A stretch of DNA of 64,000 bases from Cyanophora paradoxa CCMP329 (lineage: Eukaryota; Plantae; Glaucophyta). A program made the position numbers and the translations under genes. Numbering within the stretch: position 1 is the first letter of the stretch; every line of letters begins with the position of its first letter. Below the pieces are notes generated by a model that saw only the letters and a program-made list of their open reading frames with translations, ran no database searches and was not told the origin of the DNA. The DNA lies in contig QPMI01000279.1 of NCBI GenBank assembly GCA_004431415.1, positions 2,567 to 66,566 of the forward strand, read 5' to 3'. Shown here in pieces: positions 12,662 to 23,630 of this stretch.

Positions 12662-13326
12662 TTACGCCAGCGCCGTCTTCAAGGAGTCCGACCGCTGGAG
12701 TGCCCGGCGGGGAGACGACACGCTGCTGCCGCCGAACGATGCTGACCGCTGAAGAGGAGCCCGCCCACCTGGAGACATAGACATACTGCGGAAGGAGGAG
12801 AGGAGCTTGTCGACCGGCGACGACGGGGTGGCCGCCCGCGGATCGGCCGCAAGGGCTGAGGAGCTGGCTGACCGCGGAAGGGAGCTGTCGCTGAACGCCA
12901 TCGCGCTGGCCGTCTCCGCGCGGCCAAGGACCTCCACCTTCACGGGGACTACGCCGCGCCCAAGCATCCCGATGCTGCCGGCAGCCGCCCGCGAAAGGTC
13001 GATCACACGCCCGTGGCAGTACGGTCCACGGTCGTTCACCCGCACGACCACCGACTGATCAGTGATGGTGTTTGTCACACGAACACGCGTTCCGCACGGC
13101 AACGTGAGGGGCTCCGGTCAAGGAACGTGCGCGTGATTGCGCGCCGCACAACCGCGCGGGGCGGCGCGTTTGCGGCGCAAGGCAATTTTGGCGAGCAGGG
13201 GGTGTCAAAAGGATATGTTTTGTGCGCCGCCGTGAGGCCATTCTGGTCGAACCGATCACCGCACGCCGTCCTCCTGCCTTGAAACTTGTTGCTGTAGAAA
13301 CTTGCCTGGCCCACGATAATCGACAT
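12662..13326 (-). CDS. rlpA: RlpA-like double-psi beta-barrel (DPBB) lytic transglycosylase with Ser-rich tail; 2 exons (13326-13217, 13103-12662), 183 aa
   Basis: GQASFYSNKFQGRRTACGDRFDQNGLTAAHK|TLPCGTRVRVTNTITDQSVVVRVNDRGPYCHGRVIDLSRAAAGSIGMLGRGVVPVKVEVL matches the RlpA signature (ASWY..G.TA.GE.FD...LTAAHRTLPFGT.VRVTN...V.VRVNDRGP...RIIDLS). Confidence 0.93.
13104..13216 (-). other. U12-type (minor spliceosome) AT-AC intron, 113 nt
   Basis: 5' site ATATCCTTTT. Branch site TTCCTTGAC (13125-13117) lies 13 nt from the 3' end. 3' end ...CCTCAC. Removal joins AC|G to restore AAHKTLP in frame. Confidence 0.93.
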
Positions 13327-13671
13327 CCTGAAGCTAATCCCGCGGTGCGGGCGAACAGCGGCGAGGCCGCGAGGGGAAGATGCGGAATCTGATAGCTAAG
13401 CACTGGTACCCCCGGTTCCGTCCCCCCTGGTCTATTTGCACGCTTGCAATTGATCATGCACGCCGCGCCGGCCGCACGCCGCACATGAAATTAGCGTGCG
13501 TACGCGAGCTGCTAAGCATACATGCGATGCTAGTAGTAGCCTAGTACTCGGCGAGGCTCGCACGTGCACATGAATTCGCACGAGCGTCGAGGCGTTACAT
13601 ATGAAGTAGGCCGCAGTAGGCGTATGCTACACCTCTATAGCTAGCTATCGGGACTATAGCTAGCTACCGGA

Positions 13672-15901
13672 CTAGGGCTGCCAGGGCTTGTCCTCGAAGG
13701 AGAACCTGCACGCCAGAGGGGAATGGTCGCTCCCGAACTCGCGCAGGGACCACTCCGCGCGCCCCTGCTGCCCACCCCCGCCCGAGTACTGCGGAACGTG
13801 GAACGAGACCTGCGCCCGAGCGGCGTCGGATCGGGGTCCGACAGGGGCGCGCCCCCCCGGCGGGGGCTCGGAGGAGTGGCGGTGCAGCGCAGGCCGCCGC
13901 CGCGCGAGCGCGCGTGCGCACCCCCGCCACGTCGCCCTTGAAGAGGATGAAGTCGACGCGGGACGGGCCCCCGCCCGCCGACGGGTTCGCCGGCGCGTAC
14001 CTGCCCCCCCCCGGCTCGACTGGGGCGCGAGGGGCGGGCGCCGGCTGGGGGCCCGGGCGCGCACGTGGGCTCGCGGGCCTCCGGGGCGGCGGGGTCGGGC
14101 CCGGCGGCGGCGTCGCGGAAGCCGTCCTCGAGGACCTCCCGCATCGTCTCGGAGGCGAGGTCCGCGTTGAAGTCGCCCACCCTGCCGCCCCCCGGCGCCG
14201 TCGGAAGGCAATGCGGAAGGGTTCAACTGGGGGTTCAATTCGGATGGGCACCAGAGGACGATGTCGGCGGGCTTGGCGCGGAGGAAGTGCCTGACGCGGT
14301 GGACGATGCGCTGGGCCTGCTTGAGGCCGTGCTTGCCGACGGCGAGGTGGCAGTTGACGAGGCAGACGCGGACGAAGGCGAGGCGCCCGGCCACCTTGCG
14401 CGTGCACAGGACGATGTTGCCGGCGGAGCCCTCCTCGTTCCACACCTGGTTCTCCACGTCGAAGTCCGGCTCGAAGAAGCGGCTCCGCAGCAGGACGACG
14501 CAGCCGTTGTCCACGCCGGCCGCCGTCGGGCTGTTGTACGCCAGGCTCGTCGCGAAGTAGAGCGGCCGCTCCTCCGTCCGGAAGCGCTCCAGCAGGTACT
14601 GCAGCTCGCCCCGCTCCACCTGCCCAGCCCCGTCCCCGCGCCCCTTAACGGGTCCCACCGCGGGGCGCCGGCGGGGCTCGGGCGCGCCTCCTGGAGGCAG
14701 ACGATGTCGGCGTCGTAGGCGGCGATGCGGTCCATGACGATGTGGCGCCGGCGCGCCGGGTCCAGCAGCGCCGCGTCCACGCCCTCGTACCACTCCGGCG
14801 TCACCCAGCAGTTCGCCAGCACGTTGTGCACCAGCACGCTCACGTTCCGCCCCGGCGGGTGGCCCTCGACCGCCGCCGGCACCGGCACATCCGGCTTCGC
14901 CACTGCGCGCGCGGCGCGTCAGGGCGCGGGCCGCCGCGAGGGAGGCGAGGCCGGGCGCCCGCGCCTTTCCAGGTGACCGGCTGCTCGGGGGCCGGCTCCG
15001 CGGTGGGGGCGGGCTGGGGCTCGGGCGCGGCCTGAGCGGCCCGGCCCTCCGAGGGCGGGCGCTCGGGCGGCGGGGCCTCCGCCTGCTGGGAAGGGGGGCG
15101 GGACGCGGGGCGGGCCTCCCCGGCCGTGGGCTCCGGCGTGGCGGGCTCCGGCGCCAAGATGTGCCCGGGGGTCCCCTCGGGGGTCGGAGTCCTGGCAAAG
15201 TCCGAGCCGGGCCGTGGAGGGGAGGCTTCCGGCTCCGGGCTGGCAGCATTCTGTGCGGAACCAGGGCGCTCCGCCGCCGCAGAGGCAGGACGCTCAGCCG
15301 CCGCAGAAGCAGGACGCTCAGCCGCCGCAGAGGCAGGACGCTCAGCCGCCGCCGAAGCAGGACGCTCAGCCGCTGCCGAAGCAGGACGCTCAGCCGCGGC
15401 AGAAGCAGGATGCACAGCCGCGGCAGAAGCTGGCCGCTCCGCCGCGGCAGACGCTGGCCGCTCTGCCGCCGCAGACACTGGCCGCTCCGCCGCACCAGAG
15501 GCCGGGCGCTCCGCTGCAGCAGAAGGTGGACGCTGCGCTGCTGCGGAGGCCGGGCGCTCCGCCATGGCGGAGGCCGGGCGCTCTGCTGCAGCAGAAGCTG
15601 GCCGCTCAGCTGCCGCAGAGGGCGGGCGCTCGGGTCCCGCCGACGCTGGTTCCTCGACCGGCGCCACAGGAGCCGGACCGTCTGTGGAATCTTGCTCAAC
15701 TCCTGCCTCTACAGCTACTTGGGCCTCGCCATCCCCAGCGTCCGTCTGGGCAGGCTCGCTCGCAGGTGCTGGCGCTTCAGCCACATCTTCTGCGTTCTGC
15801 GCACTGGGATCCGCATCCTGCGCTTTCTCTGCCGGACCCACCGCCTCTGCCGTTGCCTCGGCAGCGGCGGCCGGCTGCTCCGCGGCCTCCTCCGCCTCCA
15901 T
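13672..15901 (-). CDS. Endonuclease/exonuclease/phosphatase (EEP; CCR4/nocturnin/PDE12-like) with long low-complexity N-terminus
   Basis: Motifs VLVHNVLAN, DADIVCLQE|V, NGCVVL, VNCHL, GDFNA, RVDFIL, GSDHSPL. The N-terminal Ala/Glu/Pro region carries an octapeptide repeat. Confidence 0.85.
15258..15640 (-). repeat. Coding 24-nt tandem repeat, ~16 x (AAAERPAS)
   Basis: Visible in ORF 14840..15901. Third positions have diverged while the amino-acid repeat is kept. Confidence 0.92.
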
Positions 15902-16203
15902 CGCTCAACGAATGAAATTCGCGTGAACGAGCGATCTGTGCATCCGTATGCGCCCTCGCCGATGTGCGATTGCGCGGTCGCGTCGAGGCTCAATTTGGGC
16001 GCTCGATTGCAGTACCCCCGGAAGAGCAAGCTGGGCAGCTGTTTCGTGTTGCGGCCCGCCTGTGGAGTCCCTCTACTGCCAGTCGCTAGCTAGTATACCC
16101 GCACATCCCCGCACAGCTTGAGCCAGCTTGCTGGGAGCTTGCTGGGAGCGCCAGCAGGAGTGCGAGTGCGCATAGCCGCAGCGGGTCAGCTGCGGCGCAG
16201 ATC

Positions 16204-17497
16204 ATGCCTTACGCGAGATTCATCGGCAAGGAATTCCAGAAAGAGCTTATCGGCTACCAGTCGCCGGGTGCGGGGCATGCTGTTACCTGTCCTGCTGACC
16301 GCTCGGGGCGCGATGCGCGTCTAACCCACGGCGCAAGGCCCTGCCCGGTATGCACACCAAAGAAGCAGCTTCGGCCGGTGAGCGGCCTCTCACGGCGTTC
16401 CTCGTGACCTAAGGTCTGAGGGGGTCTGAGGTTTCCCCCAGGCTTCCAAGCGGGCACGAGGAACCGAGCTTCAGCTTTTCTCAGACGAGTGCGCTCCCGC
16501 CCCCAGGCGTCGATATTCTGGCAGGGCGCCTCATTGCAGCGGGGCGCAGATCGCGATGAACCTGGACGTTCGCTCGGGCCGTCATTCGCCGTCCGTCCTC
16601 CCAACTCTCTGTCCTCGCAGCTCACGAAGACGCTTTGCAGGTTGCGGATATGGGAAGGCACTCGCCGGGGCCCGGTGCGTCACGCGCACACGCTTACCCC
16701 GGCGCTCGCCGCTAGCGCTGACGCTCTCCCGTGTGCAGTGTATAAAGATCCGGTGCGGCGGTCGGGATGCGGGCGCGGCCTCCCGCTGACTTCTGGCTGC
16801 AGCGCGAGGCGATCGGTAGGAGTGAGATCGGCGGGATGAGAAACGAGCCGAGTTTCACCTTCCCGCACGGCCCCCGCGCCGAGAAGGGCGCGCGCCCCCT
16901 CCGCCCTCCCTGCTGCGTCGCTAAATGGCAGCAGGCCGCTTCATTTCGAAAGTGCACAGCGCGGTGGAGCGGCAGGGCCTGCACAGCCCCGGGTGTGCGG
17001 CGCGCGGGGCGGGGCGTCGGGGACGCGCTGCGCTGAGGGGGCGGGGCGGGGCGGCAGGCCGGTGTACAGCACAAAGTCGAGCCTGGAGGAGCAGAACGAT
17101 TCGTCGCGGCGCACGGAGCCGTCCTTCTCCTTCGGCGCGGAGGGCCGCTTCACCCAGGCCGTCTACATCGGGTGCGCGCGCCGCCCCCGCCGCCCCCCGC
17201 CCCCGCCAGCGCGCGCCCCCGACCATGAGCCGGCGCAGTCCGCTGCACAGCAAGGTGCAGGGTATCGGGGAGGCGAGCCCGGGCCCGCGGTACGCGCCGC
17301 CGCCGATGACGGGGATGAGGTCGATGGTACACTCGACGGGGCCCTCCTTCTCCTTCGCGGGGCGCGACCGCGAGATGCGGCTCGACGGGTACGGCCAGGA
17401 GGAGTTCTTCGGGATCCCCGCCGAGCCCGCCTCCCCCGTCCGCCTCCCCAAGCTCGCTCGCTCCAGCCCCAAGCGCTCCCCGGGCGGCGGCATGTAG
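16204..17497 (+). CDS. SHIPPO/ODF3-like (SPGP-Y repeat) flagellar microtubule-associated protein
   Basis: Repeats of ...RFI.K......G..SPG|P.Y....PSF(S/T)F: GYQSPG, HSPG|PVY, NEPSFTF, GRFISKVHSAVERQGLHSPG|PVYS, TEPSFSFG, EASPGPRY, GPSFSF. Confidence 0.75.
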
Positions 17498-17777
17498 CCC
17501 ACCGGCCCCTTTGCGCCCCGCGCCGCCTCCCCTTTTTCCAGACCCTGCCTCCCCTCCCGGTCTATGCTTTTTCTTTTGATTATTTTAGAAAATACATAGC
17601 TATTTCAAGAGGCGATGGGGGGGGGGGGAAGGGGGAGGGGGGCGCGTTAAGAACGAGAGGCGAGAGGCTTGCAGGCTGATCGGGAGGACCTGGAGAGAGC
17701 GGGGAGCGGGTGCATTCCGAAGGGGGGCAGGCTCGGGGGCAGGAAGAGACGGGGAGGGTGGCGAGGGCGCCGGGGCG

Positions 17778-19300
17778 CTACCGGCGGGCGAGGAGGATGA
17801 CGAAGAGGCAGACGATGAGGACGGAGAGGAAGACGACGCAGACGATGAAGCGGCCGCCCTTCTGGTACTCCTCGGCCTTGCGCAGCTCCTCGTTCGCCGA
17901 TGTGATGTTCTTCTCCGTGCGCTCCATGTTGTGGTCGATCTGGTCCAGCAGCGTCCCCTGGTCGATCACCAGGGTCGAGATGTCCTGCCCCACCGAGCGT
18001 CAGCGCGCGTGCAGCGCAGAGCGGACGGCGCGCGCCTTCGTGATTTCCGCCAGCTCCGCGATGGACTGCGCGACCTTCGCGATCTCCGCCGAGCGCTCCC
18101 GCACCCGCCGCTCCATTTCCCGCTGGCCCGCCAGCCCCTCGGGCCCCCCGCCGTCAAGCAGGTCGTCCTGCCCCCGCGTCGGGCCCGCCCCCGCGGCTCG
18201 GGCGGGCGGGCGCGCACGTCGTCTATCCTCTGGTTGTCGCTCTCAAGGCCGGCGAGCAGCGAGCCCGTCTGCGCCGACGTCGCCTGCGCCCGCAGCTCTG
18301 CGCCCCGTCAAGCCGCGCCGCAAGGCGCGGCGCGGCGCGGCGCGCGGCGCGCACTGGCGGCGTAGTCGCTCTGCTCCCTCCTGAACTGCACGCTGAGCTC
18401 CTGCAGCTGCGCAGCCAGCGCCTTCTGGACGTTCTGCGGCGCGCCAGCGCTGAGCGCGCAGGGCGAGGAAGGGAAGCGAGCCGGGGCGCACCTGCGTGAC
18501 CACGAGCTGCTCCTGCTGCGCTTGGCGCTTCGCCTCGCGCTCCTCTGGCCTAAGCGGAGCGTCGGTGGGCGTCGGCGCCGCCGGGTCTGGTCGAATCATT
18601 TGCAGCGCCTGCTGTGCCCTGCTGAACAGCTGCGGCGTCGAGACGGGTGAGCGGGGCCGGCACGGGCGCCGAGAGCGCGGGGCGGACTTGCGTGACCGCC
18701 CGCGAGTCCCTGTCGATGATCGCCTCGAGCTCCGCCTCCGACGGCCCCTCGAAGCGCGGAAGGAGCCTCTGACCCTGCTGTTTCCGCAGCTCGGGCACTG
18801 CGAGAGCGGGCGGAGTGAGTGCGGCGGGGCCGCGCGGAGCGGGGCGGTACACACGCCGCTGCTTGATCAAGTTTAACGTCTCCTGCACGTCCTGCGCCCT
18901 CGCCGCCCACCTCGGCGTTTCGTCCGCGAGCGTGAGTTCTCGCTGTTCGTCTGCATCTTCCAGCAGCGGCCTGTAGCCGTTCTTCTTGCGAGCACCGAGC
19001 GATTTCAAGCGCCCGAGCTTGCTGCTTCCGGCCCCTCCGGATGCGTACTCTTCCCCGAGCTGGCTTCGGAATGTCCTGCGCGTTGCCGGGAGGTGGTGCG
19101 GACATCAGCCCCGGCCGAGTTGCAGAAATCGGTCATTGCGCTCGTAAAGCAGCTAGCGGTGCGTTGCCGGCGCGCTTCAAGTCGGCGCGCGGCGGCGCGC
19201 CCCCCTCGGGGCGCATTGTTTTCGCAGAGAAGGCCCTACGCACGCACCTGATGCGGTCCCGGTGCCTCACGAACTCGAGGGTGCGGTTCCTGGAGGCCAT
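17778..19300 (-). CDS. STX16: Syntaxin-16 / SYP4 / Tlg2 (Qa-SNARE)
   Basis: N-peptide MASRNRTLEFVRHR. LRKQQGQRLLPRF. SNARE motif ERSAEIAKVAQSIAELAEITK|DISTLVIDQGTLLDQIDHNMERT. C-terminal TM FIVCVVFLSVLIVCLFVILL. Confidence 0.88.
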
Positions 19301-19362
19301 CACGGTTGACCTGTACCCCACGATCGCAGAGCCCGCCAGTTCCGGTTACCGCCGGCACACAC

Positions 19363-21884
19363 ATGCCGGAGTCGGGAATGCCCAGCAGACGCCTGGCATT
19401 GCTTTTGCCCAGCTACGAAGGCAGCACGTCTGCAGTCGCAAATCTCGACCCGCCGAGATCCCTGGATCGCCTTCTGCCCTCCGGCTGGACATGCGAAACC
19501 ATTTTCCTGACGAAGAGCACAGTCAACAAGACGATCCGCCGCCGCAAGAAGGACTTCGATGTGTACGTCGAGCTTGCGGCCATTCCAGCGCCGCCGGGCC
19601 GCCCTCGCTGACGTCGCCTTCTCCTGAACGATATAGCTTCGTCAACTTGTGCGATGGTACGCGGCCCTCCGTGACGCGCCGTCGCCGCCGACGCATGACA
19701 CGGACCCGACTCCCGCAGGCGCCTGGGACGAGGTGCGGCGCCGCCGGCGGCCTTGCGGCGGCCGACGATCGTATCTAGCGTTTTATTGACTTCGATCGCT
19801 TCTCCGGCTCGCCCGCCCTTGCAGGACACTCCCGGCGTTGATGTCGTGCTGGCCATGGAGAAGGAGAAGCTGGCGTTCACGGGAGCGAGTTCGCTCTTCT
19901 ATGATCCTACGGTGTGATCGGCACCCGCCGCGCCCGAGTCGCTCGCGTGCCGCTCGAGGTGATGGGCGGGCAGCGCGAGGGCATGAAGAAGGCGTGCTTC
20001 GCCTGCAGCGTGCCGACGCCGCGCTACGCTTTCGCGGAGACCGTCGCAGACTGCGACACGATCGCCAAGCGTCTCAACTTCCCCCTCTTCGTAAAGCACC
20101 ACCACTCCTACAACTCGAGTGCGGCCGCCCCGCCGCCGCCCCGCGCCCGGAGGCGCCCGCGCTCACTCCCCCCCAGTCGGCGTGACCACCAAGTCCAAGG
20201 TGGCCAACCTGGAGCAGCTTCGGGAACAGGTCAGCGGGCGCGCGGGGCGCGCGGCGGCGCCGGGGGGCGCCGAGCGGGGGGCAGGTGGCGGGGATGGTGG
20301 CGGAGTTCGGCGGGGCGCTGGTGGAGGAGTTCATCCCCGGGCGGGAGTTCTCCGTGCTCGTCTCGTCGAACCCGGCGGACGAGCGGGAGCCGTTCGTGTA
20401 CCTCCCCGTGGAGTGCACCTTCCAAGAGGGCCAGCCCGACTTCAAGACCTTCGAGATGAAGTGGGTCCACTCCTGTGCGCCGCCCCCGCCCCGCCGCCCC
20501 GCCCCCCGCCCCCCCGGCCGGGCGGGGCCGACGGGAGGCGGGGCAGCGAATCACTGGGTGGCGGCGAGCGACGCGAAGGCGGTGGAGACGATGAAGAAGT
20601 ACGCGAAGGAGATCTACGTGTGCCTGGCGGGCCAGGGCTACGGCCGCTGCGACTTCCGCATGGCCCCGGACGGCAAGATCTACTTCCTCGGTGCGAGCGC
20701 TGAGGAGCGCCGGCGAGGCGGCCACCCCCGGCGCGGCCTCACGGGCGGGGGGCGGCAGAGATCAACCCGAACTGCTCGGTGTTCTACGACCCGTCGAACG
20801 GGGGCACGGCGGACCTGATCCTGGAGCTGGACGGGACGGGCCAGGCGGCCTTCCTCCGCTCCATCGTCGACTTCGCCCTCGCGCGGCAGCAGCGGGAGTA
20901 CTTCGGCGAGCCGATGGCCTTCGCCCCGCACGCCGACCCCGCCCTCGGCGGCGGCTCCTTCGCCACCCGCGACATCGCCCCTGGCGAAGTGCCCCGCCCG
21001 CCCCGCCCCGCCCCGCCCCGCCCCGCCCCGCCCGCCCCGCCCCGCCCGCCCCGCCCCGCCCCGCCCCGCCCCGCCCCGCCCCGCCCCGCCCCGCCCCGCC
21101 CCGCCCCGCCCCGCCCCGCCCGCCCCGCCCCGCCCCGCCTCATGCGCCGCGCCAGATCGTGCAGCGGAACGAGGAGAAGCAGCTCATCCTCGCCTCGCAC
21201 AGCCACATGAAGCGGTGCCGCCACCCCGACTCGGCCCCCCGCGAGCCACGCTCAGGCGCAGGGCGCAGGAACTGGCCGAAGCACTACTACGAGATGTACG
21301 AGCACTACGCGTGGAAGGTCTCGGAGGGGGTGCGCGCCTCCACCGGCCTCGAGCCGGGCCGCCTCGAGCCCCCCGCCGAGCGCCCCCGAGCGGGCGCGGA
21401 GCGAGCCGGCGGGTGGGGCGGGGCGCAGGTCTTCGCCCTCTGCTCCTCGCTGGACCCGGAGCGGTGGCAGCCGATCAACCACAGCTGCGACCCGAGCTGC
21501 TGGATGGAGGGCCTCAACCTCGTCGCCCGCCGCCCCCTCCGCAGGGGCGAGGAGGTCACCATGGACTACTCGTCCGCCCCCGCCGCCCCCGCCCGCCCCC
21601 GCCCGCCCCTCACCGGCACCCCGGGGGCCGAGCAGGACGATGTACACGTCCTTCCCCGTGGACTTCAAGTGCGCGTGCGGGGCCGCCGCCTGCCGCGGCC
21701 GCCTCACCGGCGAGGAGTACAAGCAGGTCCGCCCCCGCCGCGCCACGCCGCACCCTCGCCCGCCCGCCCGCCCCCGACGCGCCCCCGGCAGGCGTGGTTC
21801 ATCGAGCGCTACGGGGACGAGCACGTGACGGACTACGTCCGCTCCCGAATGCGCGAGGCCGCCGTCCTCGACGGCGTCTGCTAG
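19363..21884 (+). CDS. D-Ala-D-Ala-ligase-like ATP-grasp enzyme fused to SET/post-SET domain
   Basis: FVNLCDGAWDEDTPG, AFTGASS.FYDPT, VPTP, FPLFVKH..SYNSIG, LVEEFIPGREFSV, YGRCDFRM...IYFLEINPN. Then GGSFATRDIAPGE, INHSCDP, RRPLRRGEEVTMDY, FKCACGAAACRG. Confidence 0.88.
20992..21139 (+). repeat. (CCCCG)n intronic microsatellite
   Basis: ~150-nt run of ccccg/cccg units immediately after a GT donor. Confidence 0.9.
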
Positions 21885-22010
21885 CCGCGCGGCGCCGCCC
21901 CCCCGATCCTCTCGCGCCTCCTCCCCTAGCATGCCCTCCCCGCCTCATCGTTTCCCCCTTTCCTCAGTATTCTTACATGAACCAGCCGGGCCCCCTGGGG
22001 GCCCTGGCCC

Positions 22011-23515
22011 TCACGTTCCGCCGCCGCCCGGGGCGGGGGCCGCGCCAGCGTCGACGTCGGCGGGCTTGCCGGGGCCGGGGCCGGCGGCGCGCCGCTTGGC
22101 GATCTCCGCGAGGTTGCACTTGCACTTCTCGCCCACGCGCTCGACCACGGAAAGCGCGAACGCCGACTGCGGAAGGTCGTCCCAATCAGCTCCTCGACCG
22201 CGCAGGCTGCGGCGCGCGCCGGCGTGCACGTGCACGCGCCTTGAAGACGTCGAGGAAGACTGTGATGGAGGGGTCGCGCAGGTCCACCGCGTGCCGCCCC
22301 TCGATCGCCGCCGCCGCCGCCTGCGCACCCATCCCCACCCACCGTGGCACGCCCTCAGCTCGCGCGCGCGCGGGAGGCCAAAAGGGGGCCGGGCGCCCGG
22401 GGCGGGCCTTGATGGCGTCGTCGCGCTTGACGCGCTCGTTGTTGCGGCCCTTGAACTGCACCGCGTACGTCACCGGCCCCGCCAGCGCGCCCGCCCCGAA
22501 GACCGGCGGCAGCTCCGCCGCGCACAGCCGCTCCACCGCCCCCATCTGAGCGGGTACCGGTGAACGAGGACCCGACGGGAGCCCGGCTCGAGCGCAAGGA
22601 GGCGCGCCTCGGCGACGCAGGTGGCGATGACGGGGAGGAGGCGGTACGTGAAGCGCGGGGGGCGGGCGAGGGCCCCCGCCCCCGCCGCCGCCAGCAGGTG
22701 GTCCACGATCACGCGCACGTCGAGCCAGGCTGCCCGCGCCGCCACAAAGACCAGGCCCGACGTCCCCGTGTCGATCACCCGCCAGCTGCGCCGCCGCCTC
22801 AGGAGTGCAGCCGCCCCGACGCAGGTCGGGGCCGCACTGCCGTGGGGCGCCGGCTGCGGCCGCGGGGCCCGGCTTGTCAGCGGCCCCGGCCTCCTCTCCG
22901 TCCTGCGGATCTGCCTCCTCTTCTTCCGACTCACTGCCGCCCCCTTCCTCCGTGTGCGATGCCGCTACTGCCTCCGCGGGCGCCTTCGAATTCGGCTCCG
23001 CGCCTGGACCGTCCGGTCGACTCTGCGACCCCGCCTCTCGCTCCGCGCCTGGACCGTCCGGTCGACTCTGCGACCCCGCCTCTCCCTCTGCCGCCGCGGG
23101 ATGCGCTCTGGGCTTCTTCGACGCCGGCGCTGGCGCTGGCTCGGGCGATGGGACGAGGCGCCCGCTCTCCACGAGCTGGGCGACGGCGTCCTTCAGCAGA
23201 CTCGTGAGCTCCGACAAGCACTGGGGTTCCTTGTTGGGGTCCGTAGACGCCAGAATCCCGCTCACGCTGCCATGATCGAAGACGCGTGCGTGCTTGGCTC
23301 TGCGGGCCGATCGTGAGCGCTAGCACAGCCGCCTGGATGCCTCACGATCGGCAAGCGGCGGTTAGCTAGATCCCGACAGTTAGCTGGATAGCTAGATCTG
23401 ACGCGTTCTGAACGCACGCGAATCGCTTCCGTACGTTCGCCCGCCCGAACGAGTTGGCCATGTGCTTCTTTCGGGGCCGGTCACCGCCGCCATCCCCGCC
23501 CGCGCGCTTCCCCAT
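22011..23515 (-). CDS. THUMPD1: THUMP domain-containing protein (THUMPD1/Tan1-like)
   Basis: MGKRAGGDGGGDRPRKKH, GILASTDPNKEPQCLSELTSLL, IDTGTSGLVFV, RFTYRLLPVIATC, TYAVQFKGRNNERVKRDDAIK, HAVDLRDPSITVFLDVFK, ALSVV...KCNLAEI. Internal 45-nt duplication at 22995-23084. Confidence 0.8.
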
Positions 23516-23630
23516 TCGCCGAGACGCCCGAGCGATAGCTTAGCTTAGCTAGATCAGGTTGCGACAGGTCGACGTCGACGTCAGGGCGCCGTACCCCTGC
23601 TGCCTTGCAATTGGAGTCTTGGACCGGCGA

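Noticed and set aside
12662-21884. RlpA + Ddl-like genes as a peptidoglycan gene cluster or bacterial contamination
   Set aside because: They are separated by unrelated eukaryotic genes and both carry spliceosomal introns. The Ddl-like protein lacks canonical Ddl specificity motifs and a transit peptide.
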